Source: Pseudomonadota bacterium
Lineage (GTDB): Bacteria; Pseudomonadota; Gammaproteobacteria; Burkholderiales; REEB80
Direction: 5' to 3'
DNA: 64,000 bases
NCBI GenBank assembly: GCA_018971485.1
Contig: JAGXAQ010000002.1
Span: forward strand, 171,706 to 235,705
Below are positions 18,041-28,582 of the stretch, piece after piece. The notes beneath the pieces were generated by a model, which had not been told where the DNA came from, did not search any database, and saw only the letters and a list, made by a program, of their open reading frames with translations. The translations under genes were made by a program, and so were the position numbers. Each line of letters begins with the position of its first letter. The stretch's first letter is position 1.

Positions 18041-19039
18041 CTACTTGAATGGTAGCCTTCCTAGTTTAAAGTTTTTAGCTATTTCCTCGGCAGATTCGTT
18101 GTAATAGCGTTGCAACATCTTTAGTTCTCGATGCCCGACCATCCTGCCCAACTCCAGGATGTTCAGCTTCCTTGCCAACATGGTAATCGCATAATGACGT
18201 GAATCATGAAAATGCAGATCCTCGATGTTGGCTTTTTTCCTCACCTTCCTGAACAGATTTTCAATTTGAGAAAGGGTTAATTTGAAGTCACACCCTACAC
18301 GCTCAAGATTAGTGATAGCCTTATCCAACAAAGGAACATCTCGCCTGGCTGCTCGTGTTTTTCCTGCACCGAGTTCACTCCCCCTGATCTTGAGGTAGCG
18401 CTTGTCCAGATAAACATCTTCGGCCTTAAGGACACATATCTCACCCTGCCTCATCCCTGTTTCCAGGGCAAACAAGAATACCTGGCCCACTCTTCCCATC
18501 ACGCTTTTGATATTGTCTCCGAATACTTGCATCAGCTGGTCAATTTCATCCTGCGTGATAAGCCTATCCCGTCCTTCGGGTTCTTTTGGTTTGGAAGCAT
18601 CACTAAATGGATTTTTAGCAAGCAGTTTCCACTCCTTAACAGCCTTGGTGCAAATGGAAGAGAGAAGGTTCCATTCACGCCGGACAGTACCCTCTGATAC
18701 GGACTGCAGGCGTTCATCCCGCCACTTGCCAACATGAGTCTCGCATCCATCTCTGATAAGCACACACTGGCGATGCTTTGGCGGCTTATGGCTTGTATCC
18801 TTATTTTTTCCACACGCTCCCCTTTTTTTCTTGATCGAAACCTCATTGGCATATTTATCCATGAGCTCACTGAAAGCCATGGTGACGACCTTTTCGTGTT
18901 TACCGGATAAAATGGCCTGCTCGGTTTCTTCAATCCACTGAAGCGCTTCCAGCTTCGTATCACGGGTTGCCGATTTCCTGACACCTTTTAACACGACTTG
19001 CGCCCTCCATGTTTTGCCTCGTTTAGTAAGAGTACCCAT
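18041..19039 (-). CDS. tyrosine-type site-specific integrase (open ORF, but the central segment is probably frame-disrupted)
   Basis: Catalytic signature ETGMRQGE (R), HDSRH (HxxR), GH and LQRYY (Y). Adjacent to a tRNA. See the finding on the 18740-18829 frame anomaly. Confidence 0.8.
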   Translation of the reverse strand: MGTLTKRGKTWRAQVVLKGVRKSATRDTKLEALQWIEETEQAILSGKHEKVVTMAFSELMDKYANEVSIKKKRGACGKNKDTSHKPPKHRQCVLIRDGCETHVGKWRDERLQSVSEGTVRREWNLLSSICTKAVKEWKLLAKNPFSDASKPKEPEGRDRLITQDEIDQLMQVFGDNIKSVMGRVGQVFLFALETGMRQGEICVLKAEDVYLDKRYLKIRGSELGAGKTRAARRDVPLLDKAITNLERVGCDFKLTLSQIENLFRKVRKKANIEDLHFHDSRHYAITMLARKLNILELGRMVGHRELKMLQRYYNESAEEIAKNFKLGRLPFK

Positions 19040-19186
19040 ATGACCCCATAGGAGGTCTGGTGTAAATTTGGTGTAAACCTACCACAAAATACAGGGTGAA
19101 ATGTGATATTTTGGGAATATGCAGGAAATAAAAAATCCGTTTAATCAAAAAGATAACGGATAATCATTATATTGCAGGTATAGGGG

Positions 19187-19262
19187 TGGTGCCGGAAAGA
19201 GGAGTCGAACCCCCGACCTTCGCATTACGAATGCGCTGCTCTACCAACTGAGCTATTCCGGC
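19187..19262 (-). tRNA. tRNA-Thr (anticodon CGU)
   Basis: The reverse complement reads GCCGGAATAGCTCAGTTGGTAGAGCAGCGCATTCGTAATGCGAAGGTCGGGGGTTCGACTCCTCTTTCCGGCACCA. It forms a cloverleaf with anticodon loop TTCGTAA and is nearly identical to E. coli thrW. Confidence 0.95.
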
Positions 19263-19323
19263 CAATCTTATTCAAGGAAAAACAAGAAGGGTGAATTATA
19301 GGAGACTCAGCTCAGATGGGCAA

Positions 19324-19746
19324 CTATTGAGACTTAGGCCTGATACGGATAACAATCTCAATCCCATCGGCTTCCATCCCAGTTGGAAGAGAAGGTAAAC
19401 CATGAATAGCGATATTTTGTGCATCAACATCGTATAAACGACCATTAACCACATCATAAAAGTGATGATGCTCAAGTGTATTTGGATCATAAAAAACTTT
19501 ATTTGGATCAACTATTACTTCTCGAATCAGGCGTTGACGCACAAAAAGATTCAATGTGTTATAAACCGTCGCCTTTGACGTCTCGCTATATAGGTGGTTC
19601 ACAGCTGATAATACCTGGTCTGCACTCAAATGCTCTCCTCGAGAAAAAAGCGCATACGCTATCTCGATCCTCTGGTGGGTAGGACTAATATCATGTTCCC
19701 TTAATAAGGCATGGGCCTGTTCACGAGAATGAATCATTTGTGTCAT
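19324..19746 (-). CDS. Fur-family transcriptional regulator (no cysteines)
   Basis: 140 aa with a winged helix (PTHQRIEIAYALF...HLSADQV...ATVYNTLNLF) and an HHHF metal-site motif. It lacks both CxxC pairs. Confidence 0.7.
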   Translation of the reverse strand: MTQMIHSREQAHALLREHDISPTHQRIEIAYALFSRGEHLSADQVLSAVNHLYSETSKATVYNTLNLFVRQRLIREVIVDPNKVFYDPNTLEHHHFYDVVNGRLYDVDAQNIAIHGLPSLPTGMEADGIEIVIRIRPKSQ

Positions 19747-19788
19747 CGTTTCAGTTTAACGAACAAATTATACTCTGTCTAATCTTGC

Positions 19789-20877
19789 TCAAAATCCATC
19801 CAGCTGATGTGGCCAGACATAAGGTTTAAGAGAGATAGCCGCTTCCTGATCCAGAAAACGGCTAACCAATAATTTTGCTGAACCAGGTGCCATAGTTACC
19901 CCATAACGAAAATGCCCGGTATTGACATATAAATTACTCAAAAGTGGATGCCTATCAATAACCGGGATACTCTGCGGCGAACCTGGACGCAGTCCTGCCC
20001 ATTGCTGAACAAACTCTGAGTCCCTTAACCAAGGCAACAGGTCTGTGGCACGATGGAATAGATTTTCACGGGCATCCGACGTTGGATTTTTATCAAAACC
20101 AACCTCTTCAAGCGTACTCCCCGTCAAAACGTGCCCGTCCTTGCGAGGAATAATATATGTACCTTGATGATAAATTATCTGCTTCAACCGTGATGGCCTG
20201 TCCTTAAAAAGAAGCATTTGACCCCGTACTGGCCGAATAGAAAGATTTAAGGCATATGCGCCTAGGATAGACTGGCTCCAGGCTCCACCTGTAATCACAT
20301 AAGAACCTGCCTTGTATTGTCCCGAACTGGTTTCAAGTGCAATTATTCGGCTGTTTCGGGCTATCAAGCCAGTTACATCAACCCGTTCAACAATCTGAAC
20401 ACCACGCTTTTCCAAAACAGTTTTAAGGGATTGAGTAAGTCTCGGGTTACGAACCTGATATACATCTGGAAACCATAAAGCTTCTGTTTCAGATAAAAGA
20501 TCAGAAACAATCTCCTGGGGATTCACAATCTCACAGCGCATCCCACGTTGATTTATCCATGAAAGCGCTGAATGCATATCATAAGGAAACAAATGCACAA
20601 GCCCACTTTGTATCAGCTCTGGATCTACTCCTCCTTCCGCAAACAATTGTTCAGTCCAATTATGATAAAGAGATAGACTGTATTCTGCCAAAATATTGAC
20701 AGGTTCTGCATAGTCCCAAGGCATCAATGGAAACAGGATTCCGCCGCCTGCCCAGGAAGACTCTTGGCCCACCAAGCCTCGATCAAGAATAAGAACCTGA
20801 TATCCTGCCCTGGAAAATTCATAGCCCGTAGCAAGCCCAATTAAGCCTGCTCCCACTATCAAGACGTCAGCAGACAT
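19789..20877 (-). CDS. thiO: FAD-dependent oxidoreductase, glycine oxidase ThiO-like
   Basis: 362 aa with the VLIVGAGLIGLATGYEFSRAGYQVLILD Rossmann fold and SSWAGGGIL. DAO family. The substrate assignment is tentative. Confidence 0.55.
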   Translation of the reverse strand: MSADVLIVGAGLIGLATGYEFSRAGYQVLILDRGLVGQESSWAGGGILFPLMPWDYAEPVNILAEYSLSLYHNWTEQLFAEGGVDPELIQSGLVHLFPYDMHSALSWINQRGMRCEIVNPQEIVSDLLSETEALWFPDVYQVRNPRLTQSLKTVLEKRGVQIVERVDVTGLIARNSRIIALETSSGQYKAGSYVITGGAWSQSILGAYALNLSIRPVRGQMLLFKDRPSRLKQIIYHQGTYIIPRKDGHVLTGSTLEEVGFDKNPTSDARENLFHRATDLLPWLRDSEFVQQWAGLRPGSPQSIPVIDRHPLLSNLYVNTGHFRYGVTMAPGSAKLLVSRFLDQEAAISLKPYVWPHQLDGF

Positions 20878-20947
20878 ATCATTATCCTGGTTCGCTCATG
20901 GAATGAAGCATAGACATTAGAAAGCGTAAAAAAACTACCGCTTGGAT

Positions 20948-21898
20948 TCAATCCTGAATTGCCCGAATAGGAATCAGGTTCTTAGGGAGTGGGAACGTTA
21001 CGGATTCAGCTACACCATCTAGCTCAATTACATCTGAAGTAGCACCCAGGGCTTTTAATCGATCAATGACCGCCAGAACCAACACTTCAGGGGCTGACGC
21101 ACCTGCGGTTAAACCTACACGTGCTACGCCACGCACCCAATTCGGATCCACCTCATCGGCATTATCAACCATATACGCATCTACACCCTGATTTAGGGCA
21201 ACTTCACGCAAGCGGTTGGAATTCGAACTATTCGGAGAACCCACCACGATAACCACGTCACATTGAGCTGACAAACTCTTGACCGCATCCTGACGATTCT
21301 GGGTCGCATAACAAATATCCTCTTTCTTGGGACCTTTAATATCAGGGAATCGCATATGAAGCGCTTCAATAATTCCACTTGCATCATCGACTGACAAGGT
21401 GGTCTGAGTTACATAAGACAAATGAAGGGGGTCATTCACCAACAAGGTATCTACATCTGCCAATGACTCCACCAGATAGATTCCGGAACGGGCCTGGCCC
21501 ATCGTTCCTTCAACTTCCGGGTGCCCCCTGTGCCCAATCATAATGACTTCCTGGCCCTGTTCTCTCATACGCACAACTTCCATATGAACCTTAGTCACCA
21601 ACGGACACGTCGCATCAAAAACCCGAAAATTACGTGAAGAGGCAGCATCTCTTACCTGTCTTGATACACCATGAGCTGAAAAAACAAGTACAGCACCATC
21701 TGGTACCTCACTGACCTCATCAACAAATATGGCTCCCTTAGCACGTAGATTACCAACCACGAACTTGTTATGTACTACTTCATGACGCACGTAAACAGGA
21801 GGACCGAATAGATCCAGGGCACGATCAACAATCTCAATGGCCCGATCAACCCCTGCACAAAATCCGCGCGGGTTCGCAAGCAGAATCTGCATAAGCAC
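20948..21898 (-). CDS. ispH: 4-hydroxy-3-methylbut-2-enyl diphosphate reductase
   Basis: 316 aa starting [15 protein letters not shown], with [14 protein letters not shown] and SSNSNRL motifs. Confidence 0.9.
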   Translation of the reverse strand: MLMQILLANPRGFCAGVDRAIEIVDRALDLFGPPVYVRHEVVHNKFVVGNLRAKGAIFVDEVSEVPDGAVLVFSAHGVSRQVRDAASSRNFRVFDATCPLVTKVHMEVVRMREQGQEVIMIGHRGHPEVEGTMGQARSGIYLVESLADVDTLLVNDPLHLSYVTQTTLSVDDASGIIEALHMRFPDIKGPKKEDICYATQNRQDAVKSLSAQCDVVIVVGSPNSSNSNRLREVALNQGVDAYMVDNADEVDPNWVRGVARVGLTAGASAPEVLVLAVIDRLKALGATSDVIELDGVAESVTFPLPKNLIPIRAIQD

Positions 21899-21949
21899 TC
21901 CATTTCACTCTGTCATTTTTTCTAGCCAAAAAACTTTACCCCAAAAGAA

Positions 21950-22417
21950 CTAACGGCGTTTAAACATTGTATCCTGCACAATGAGCAAAACTGCTCCAAT
22001 TGTAATCGCCGAATCAGCCACATTAAACGTCGGCCAATAATGCACACCATAATGCAACTGGATAAAATCAATCACATGGCCATAAAGCAGCCGATCTAAC
22101 ATATTGCCCAATGCACCACCCAAGATAAGGCTTAAAGCAAAACAAAACCAGCGGTTCGTAAAATTGCGCACAAGCAGAACGAGAATAATCAAGGCTGCAA
22201 TCCCGGCAATACCGATAAACAATAACTTCTGCCACCCCCCAGCAGAAGCCAGAAAACTAAAAGCAGCACCCTGATTCCAGGCAAGGGCAAAGCTGATATA
22301 AGGACAAAGCACAACCGTATGTCCATCTGCAAGCCACCTGCTAACCTCCAGCTTGCTTAAATAATCCATTGCTATAATCAATGCAGATAAGGCAAGCCAG
22401 GGTAAAACCTTACGCAT
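21950..22417 (-). CDS. lspA: lipoprotein signal peptidase II
   Basis: NQGAAFSF and FNVADSAI motifs. Start set at the ATG at 22417 (MRKVLPWL), overlapping the ileS stop by 8 nt. Confidence 0.9.
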   Translation of the reverse strand: MRKVLPWLALSALIIAMDYLSKLEVSRWLADGHTVVLCPYISFALAWNQGAAFSFLASAGGWQKLLFIGIAGIAALIILVLLVRNFTNRWFCFALSLILGGALGNMLDRLLYGHVIDFIQLHYGVHYWPTFNVADSAITIGAVLLIVQDTMFKRR

Positions 22418-25193
22418 AATGGCGAACCTCTCCTTCTCCAAACAGGTTAACAATGCACCGATCACATAAATCCGGGCAAGATGGATTTAATCCAACGCTT
22501 GGACGGTAGTGCCAGCAACGTTCACATTTCTGACCAGAAGAAGAGCCTACCTTAAAACTTACCCCATCAAGGCGGCTGGGACACTCCAAAGTTTCCGACG
22601 AAAACGAAACAGAAGAAGTCAGCAGGACAAATCTCACCTCTTCCCCCATTTCCTTCAAGAACGAACCAGTTTCACCTTTGACATGTAATTTCACTTCTGC
22701 TCCTAGAGAAGAGCCTATCAGGCCACTCACGCGGAGCTGTTCAAGTTCCTTCTGAATATCTTCACGCAATAGCCTTAGTGCTCTCCACCGTTCTACAAAT
22801 GCAGTATCCGGCACATCAGGCAATTCGTACCAATATTCCATAAAAATGGTATATTCATTGGAGCCTTGCAGTTCAGCCCAGACTTCTTCAGCAGTAAAGC
22901 TTAAAACAGGAGCAAGCAAGCGAACCAGGGCATGGGCAATATGATGCAGGGTCTGCTGGGCGGCACGCCGTTCATGGGCATTCACCTGACAGGTATAAAG
23001 CCTGTCCTTTAATATATCAAGATAGAATCCACCCAAATCCTCCGAACAGAAAACCTGTATTAACTGAACGATTTGATGAAAATCATATTGCTCATAGCAA
23101 CGACGCACATTGTTCTGCAACGTTGCCACCAGGCTTATGGCATAACGATCTATATCCAGTAAATCCTCTATGGGCACCGAATGCTTCTGGGCATTAAAAT
23201 CTGCAAGATTAGCCAGAAGAAACCGCAAGGTATTCCGGATACGTCGATATGACTCGACAACCCGCTTCAGAATCACGTCAGAGATACTCATTTCACCCGC
23301 ATAATCAGTTGAAGCCACCCAAAGTCTAAGAATATCCGCACCAAGACTGTTCATGATTTTCTGAGGTGGAATCACATTACCCCGGGATTTACTCATCTTG
23401 AGTCCCTTGCCATCCACAACAAAACCATGGGTTAAAAGGCCATGGTAAGGGGCATAGCCATCTGTTGCACATCCTGTCAGCAATGAAGACTGAAACCAGC
23501 CTCGATGCTGATCCGAACCTTCCAGATACATATCGGCAGGATGAGAAAGATCTTCCCTTACCTTTAACACACAGGCATGGGTTACACCAGAATCAAACCA
23601 GACATCAAGGGTATCAGTCAGTTTATGATATTCTTTAGCCTCGTCCTTAAGCAGTTCGGCACAATCCAACTCAAACCATGCATCTATTCCAGCCTGCTCA
23701 ACCCGTTTAGCTACCTCTTCAATCAAATGAACGGACATGGGGTGAATAGCTTGTGTCTCATTATGTACAAATAATGGAATAGGCACCCCCCAGCTACGCT
23801 GTCTTGAAATGCACCAATCCGGGCGATTCGCAATCATACCATCGAGGCGAGCACGCCCCCACTCCGGATAAAATGCCGTTACTGCAACTGCTGTGCCGGC
23901 AATATGTCTTAATGTAGGGTTGTTATCCATGTCCATACCAATAAACCATTGGCTTGTTGCCCTAAAAATAATAGGGGTTTTATGTCGCCAGCAATGAGGA
24001 TAGCTGTGTTTATGCTGAAGTTGTGATAAAAGACGTCCGTTTGAGCATAACTTATCAATAATGATTTTATTAGAATCAAATACTTCAATACCGCCAACCA
24101 AAGGTTCATTACAACGAAAATGACCATTCGCCTCTACGGGGTTATCCACTCGCAATTGATAGCGGCTTCCAACAATATAATCATCCAACCCATGAGCCGG
24201 CGCGGTATGAACCAGTCCAGTTCCTGCTTCCAGGGTGACATGATCGCCCAGAACAATCGGGACCGTTCGATCATGGAATGGATGCTGAAAATACAGGTTC
24301 TCAAGATCCCGGCCTTGTGCCTGACCAAGCAAGGTTCCATCCAATCCATATCGTGACAGCGCCCCTTCAGCCAGGTCATGGGCAAGAATCAAGGCTCCAC
24401 GGGGCGTCTCAATCAAATCATAAACCAGATCCGGATGAACGCTGATTGCCTCATTAGCCGGCAAAGTCCAGGGTGTCGTTGTCCAAATAACGGCATGGAT
24501 ATCGGAAAAGGGATCTTGAAGCTTGAAGACCTTGGCCATGGCTTGAGGATCTACTGCATGAAACATTACATCCACAGCTGGGGAGACCCGTTCTTCATAT
24601 TCGACTTCTGCTTCTGCCAAGGCTGAAGAGCAGGAAATACACCAATGGACTGGCTTTTGCCCTTGATATAAATAGCCATTTTTCAAAACCTGTCCTAACG
24701 TACGGATAATGTTGGCCTCAAAACGAAAATCCATTGTCAAATAGGGATGATCCCAGTCCCCCATAACCCCTAGACGGATAAAATCCTGCCGTTGCCGGTC
24801 AATTTGTTCCTTTGCATATTGCCTGCAAAGTGAACGGAATTCCCGGGCTGGAATGTTCTTGCCATGTTTTTTTTCCACCATAAGCTCAATAGGCAGGCCA
24901 TGACAGTCCCAGCCAGGCACATAAGGCGCATCAAAACCTTCAAAGGTCTTACTCTTAACAATCATATCTTTCAGGATCTTGTTGACAGCATGCCCAATAT
25001 GAATATCACCATTGGCATAAGGAGGCCCATCGTGCAGGATAAATTTAGGTTTCCCTTTTCTCGCGCGACGTACCTGCCCATAAAAATCGTTTTTCTGCCA
25101 AAGATCCAGCATCATAGGCTCTCGTTTGGCCAGATCTCCCCGCATAGGAAAATCCGTGTCAGGCAAATTCAATGTATTCTTGTATTCAGACAT
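22410..25193 (-). CDS. ileS: isoleucine--tRNA ligase
   Basis: 927 aa with HIGH ([12 protein letters not shown]), KMSKS and a C-terminal zinc-finger CERCW...CDRC. Confidence 0.95.
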   Translation of the reverse strand: MSEYKNTLNLPDTDFPMRGDLAKREPMMLDLWQKNDFYGQVRRARKGKPKFILHDGPPYANGDIHIGHAVNKILKDMIVKSKTFEGFDAPYVPGWDCHGLPIELMVEKKHGKNIPAREFRSLCRQYAKEQIDRQRQDFIRLGVMGDWDHPYLTMDFRFEANIIRTLGQVLKNGYLYQGQKPVHWCISCSSALAEAEVEYEERVSPAVDVMFHAVDPQAMAKVFKLQDPFSDIHAVIWTTTPWTLPANEAISVHPDLVYDLIETPRGALILAHDLAEGALSRYGLDGTLLGQAQGRDLENLYFQHPFHDRTVPIVLGDHVTLEAGTGLVHTAPAHGLDDYIVGSRYQLRVDNPVEANGHFRCNEPLVGGIEVFDSNKIIIDKLCSNGRLLSQLQHKHSYPHCWRHKTPIIFRATSQWFIGMDMDNNPTLRHIAGTAVAVTAFYPEWGRARLDGMIANRPDWCISRQRSWGVPIPLFVHNETQAIHPMSVHLIEEVAKRVEQAGIDAWFELDCAELLKDEAKEYHKLTDTLDVWFDSGVTHACVLKVREDLSHPADMYLEGSDQHRGWFQSSLLTGCATDGYAPYHGLLTHGFVVDGKGLKMSKSRGNVIPPQKIMNSLGADILRLWVASTDYAGEMSISDVILKRVVESYRRIRNTLRFLLANLADFNAQKHSVPIEDLLDIDRYAISLVATLQNNVRRCYEQYDFHQIVQLIQVFCSEDLGGFYLDILKDRLYTCQVNAHERRAAQQTLHHIAHALVRLLAPVLSFTAEEVWAELQGSNEYTIFMEYWYELPDVPDTAFVERWRALRLLREDIQKELEQLRVSGLIGSSLGAEVKLHVKGETGSFLKEMGEEVRFVLLTSSVSFSSETLECPSRLDGVSFKVGSSSGQKCERCWHYRPSVGLNPSCPDLCDRCIVNLFGEGEVRHYA

Positions 25194-25208
25194 GCATATA
25201 ATCCCGAT

Positions 25209-26153
25209 TCAGGTTACCGATTCATTCAGTTGACCAAAATAATCCCTCACTTCTTCAACATCACGATGGATCTGTTCAGCCAATAGTCCCAGGTTCGAAT
25301 ACTTGATTTCATCCCTCAATTTACGCATAAACTCAACACGAACAATATTCCCATAAATATTACCTTTAAAATCAATTAGATGAACTTCAAGAACCGGGGT
25401 TGTTGAATGAGTTACCGTAGGCCTGGTGCCCAAACTGGCAGCCCCGGGCAGAGGCTTTTCAGAAATGCCGTGGAATTGTACGGCAAAAATACCGGACATA
25501 GGAGGAACGTTGATGTTCATCTTGACATTGGCTGTCGGGAAACCCAAAGTACGTCCGATTCTTTGGCCCGCAACTACCCGGCCAGACATACTGTAGGGAC
25601 GGCCAAGAAGTTCCCGGGCTTTTGTCAAATCTCCTTTTTCTAAGGCCTGGCGAAGAGTTGTACTAGAAATACGCACTCCTGATGCCATCACACTCGGCAT
25701 TCTTGATAATCCAAAACCCATTGGGCTAGCCAAAGATTCAAGCAATGCATAGTCCCCTGCCCGCCTTGCCCCAAACCGAAAATCATCTCCCACCAGCAGG
25801 CTTTTCATGCCAATATACACAAGCCTTTCAACAAAATTTATCGCGCTGATTGCAGCAGTATCATGATTAAAAGGCAAAATAATGACTTCTTCCACCCCCA
25901 TATCAGACATTACGGACAACTTGTCCCTCAAACTTGTCAGACGGGATGGTGCAGACCGGGGATTGAAATACTCACGGGGATGCGGCTCAAAAGTCATCAC
26001 ACAGGCAGCCAGGTTACTGGCATGTGCATTCATGACCAGATCTGCCAGTAGCCTTTGATGGCCAGCATGCACTCCATCAAAATTACCGATGGTTAGTGCA
26101 AAAGGTCGGCCACTACGGCTTGAGAATCCATGGGAAATCAGCATAGGGGACAA
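25209..26153 (-). CDS. ribF: bifunctional riboflavin kinase / FAD synthetase
   Basis: 314 aa with GNFDGVHAGHQ and GFPTAN motifs. ribF-ileS-lspA-ispH synteny. Confidence 0.9.
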   Translation of the reverse strand: MSPMLISHGFSSRSGRPFALTIGNFDGVHAGHQRLLADLVMNAHASNLAACVMTFEPHPREYFNPRSAPSRLTSLRDKLSVMSDMGVEEVIILPFNHDTAAISAINFVERLVYIGMKSLLVGDDFRFGARRAGDYALLESLASPMGFGLSRMPSVMASGVRISSTTLRQALEKGDLTKARELLGRPYSMSGRVVAGQRIGRTLGFPTANVKMNINVPPMSGIFAVQFHGISEKPLPGAASLGTRPTVTHSTTPVLEVHLIDFKGNIYGNIVRVEFMRKLRDEIKYSNLGLLAEQIHRDVEEVRDYFGQLNESVT

Positions 26154-26208
26154 ATATGGGAATCATACCGCTTTCACGTATTAAAAACCAGTTACCCTGT
26201 TATCATAA

Positions 26209-26958
26209 TCAGGAAAGAGCTTTGAGCAATTCTTTAGCTTCTGCCCTAACGAGGCGATCAAAAACCCGTCCAATCAGAACCAGAACAGGGCCACTTTCCC
26301 GCCATTGCTGAGCTGAAGGAAGCTCTGACAAGGTTGTAGCCAACTGTCTTGCCTGACCAGTAGATACATTTTCCAGAACCAGAACCGGCATGTTTCCAGG
26401 CACGCCCTGTGACATCAGGGAATGCATCATACGTTCGGATTGATTAAGCCCCATATAAAGTGCAACTGTAGACTGGCTCTTAATTGCTGCTGCCCAATCA
26501 GAATCTGCTTCACCCTCACCTATGGCCGGTGTGGCTAAAATAATACTCCGGCAGGATCCCCGACGAGTCAGGGCTATCTTGACTTGAGCACTTGCAGCCA
26601 ATACGGCGGTAATCCCGGGAACTACCTCTGTCTCAACTCCGGCCATGTCCAAGGCATCCAATTCCTCCTGGGCCCTGCCAAAAACCATCGGGTCGCCCCC
26701 TTTCAGACGTACAACACACTGGTAATGCTGCGCTGCGGTAACCAGGCAACGATTGATTATTCTTTGATCTGTTGAGGCAATACCAGAACGTTTGCCAACG
26801 GGAACCTGGATGGCCTGCGCTGCCAATGCCAATATCTCTTTGCTCACCAAGGCATCAAAAAATACAATCTCGGCCTCAGCCAGAATGCGGGCACCGCGTA
26901 ACGTCAGAAGATCAACGGCACCAGGCCCTGCACCGACAAGATAAACCTTGCCCATCAT
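26209..26958 (-). CDS. cobA: uroporphyrinogen-III C-methyltransferase (SUMT)
   Basis: 249 aa with VYLVGAGPG..DLLTL and RLKGGDPMVFGR motifs. Confidence 0.8.
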   Translation of the reverse strand: MMGKVYLVGAGPGAVDLLTLRGARILAEAEIVFFDALVSKEILALAAQAIQVPVGKRSGIASTDQRIINRCLVTAAQHYQCVVRLKGGDPMVFGRAQEELDALDMAGVETEVVPGITAVLAASAQVKIALTRRGSCRSIILATPAIGEGEADSDWAAAIKSQSTVALYMGLNQSERMMHSLMSQGVPGNMPVLVLENVSTGQARQLATTLSELPSAQQWRESGPVLVLIGRVFDRLVRAEAKELLKALS

Positions 26959-27043
26959 TTCTCCAGATCAATAATTAAATGATATATTACCGAACAATAT
27001 TATTCATATAAAGAATATATTCTTATTTTTTTATGCTTTTTTA

Positions 27044-28582
27044 TTATTTCTCGGCACGCTTTATAAAATCTTTTGCATTCACACCGAACATGCGTAGCCC
27101 CCCGAAGTAAACCAATGCTCCCCCTGACACCAGAAAACCTAAATGTCCAAACCGCCATTCAACACTTGTACCAAACCAGGAAGAAACGGGAGAGGCAACA
27201 TACCAGAGGAACAGCCCCAACATTAAAAGAGCCATGCCCAGGGCCAAAATAAAGCGTTTCCAGCCTGGCCTGGGAATATAAATCTTTCGCTTTAACAAGA
27301 CTCGATACAACAACAAGGCATTTACACATGCGCCAAGCCCTATCGATAAAGCCAGCCCAGCATGCTTTAAATGCCAGATAAACACCAAATTGAAAAGCTG
27401 GGTACAAATAAGGCTGATCACTGCTATCTTTACTGGTGTACGAATGTCCTGCCGGGCATAAAATCCAGGGGCCAGGACCTTGATCATGATCAATCCTGAC
27501 AAACCGACACTGTAAGCCAGTACAGCACGCGCTGACATCAGGGCATCAAAAGGACTAAAATGGCCATATTGAAATAAGCTGATCACCAGTGGCTTCGATA
27601 ATATTGCCAGTGCAAGTGCGGCAGGAAGGCTAAAAAGCAGGGTCAAACGGATGCCCCAGTCCAGCAGGTCGGAATAGGCTTCATGGGAAGCATCAGCATA
27701 ATGTTTAGACAGGCTAGGCAAAAGAATGGTCCCTAAAGCCACACCCATGACTCCCGTGGGAAATTCCATCAGACGATCAGCATAATAAAGCCATGAAACA
27801 CTCCCTGTAGCCAAAAAAGAGGCCAGAATGGTATTGATTAGGATACTAATCTGTGCAACAGAGACACCAAAAATAGCTGGCCCCATCTGTTTCATGACAC
27901 GACGCATTCCGGAATGATGCCAGTTCAACCGGAACCTGGGCATCAACCCCACAGCCCGGATAAATGGCACCTGAAAAAGAAACTGGATAATTCCTCCAAA
28001 AATGACTGCCCAGGCCAGTGCCATTACAGGGGGATGAAACCAATGGGCTAAAAAAAGGCTAAACAGAATGAATGAAAGATTGAGTAGTGCCGGGGTAATT
28101 GCTGGAATCGTAAAGACGTTGCAGGTATTCAAAATTGCACCCAGCAACGATGAAAGGGAAATCATCAAAATATAGGGTATAGTGACGCGCACCAGCGAGA
28201 CTGTCAGTTCAAACTTTTCCGGATCAGAAACAAAACCCGGGGCATTGATATAAACAATCAAGGGGGCAAGCAAAACACCAGCAACCGATACAAATGCCAG
28301 AACAAATCCAAGCATGCCAGCCACATGATCCACCAAGGATCGAGTCTCATCTTCTGTATACCGCATACGGTACTCGGCCAGTATCGGAACAAAAGCCTGT
28401 GAAAAAGCACCTTCAGCAAATACCCGACGCAACAGGTTCGGGATTTTAAATGCTACAAAAAAAGCATCGGTTACCAATCCCGCTCCAAATATTCTGGCAA
28501 TTATCACATCCCTGACAAAACCGAGCAGACGGGACAGAAAGGTCATACTGCCAACGCGAGCTAATGCTTTAAGTAGATTCAC
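27044..28582 (-). CDS. murJ: lipid II flippase MurJ
   Basis: 512 aa polytopic protein starting MNLLKALARVGSMTFLSRLLGFVRDVIIARIFGAG. Confidence 0.9.
   Translation of the reverse strand: MNLLKALARVGSMTFLSRLLGFVRDVIIARIFGAGLVTDAFFVAFKIPNLLRRVFAEGAFSQAFVPILAEYRMRYTEDETRSLVDHVAGMLGFVLAFVSVAGVLLAPLIVYINAPGFVSDPEKFELTVSLVRVTIPYILMISLSSLLGAILNTCNVFTIPAITPALLNLSFILFSLFLAHWFHPPVMALAWAVIFGGIIQFLFQVPFIRAVGLMPRFRLNWHHSGMRRVMKQMGPAIFGVSVAQISILINTILASFLATGSVSWLYYADRLMEFPTGVMGVALGTILLPSLSKHYADASHEAYSDLLDWGIRLTLLFSLPAALALAILSKPLVISLFQYGHFSPFDALMSARAVLAYSVGLSGLIMIKVLAPGFYARQDIRTPVKIAVISLICTQLFNLVFIWHLKHAGLALSIGLGACVNALLLYRVLLKRKIYIPRPGWKRFILALGMALLMLGLFLWYVASPVSSWFGTSVEWRFGHLGFLVSGGALVYFGGLRMFGVNAKDFIKRAEK

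Larger units (their letters stand above)
15896..19186. mobile_element. degraded integrative element / prophage remnant at the 3' end of tRNA-Thr
   Basis: A tyrosine integrase sits directly beside tRNA-Thr, followed by a phage-type lysin, an HNH-like gene and higBA. The left boundary is only approximate because no direct repeat was found. Confidence 0.55.

Noticed and set aside
20878-20947. TPP riboswitch upstream of the thiO-like gene.
   Set aside because: Only about 70 nt separate it from ispH. No CTGAGA / ACCTGA THI-box core is seen.
27011-27024. AAGAATATATTCTT perfect palindrome followed by a T-run, between murJ and cobA.
   Set aside because: The stem is AT-only and would be very weak. 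The T-tract is on the strand opposite to both flanking genes. Probably just AT-rich promoter DNA.
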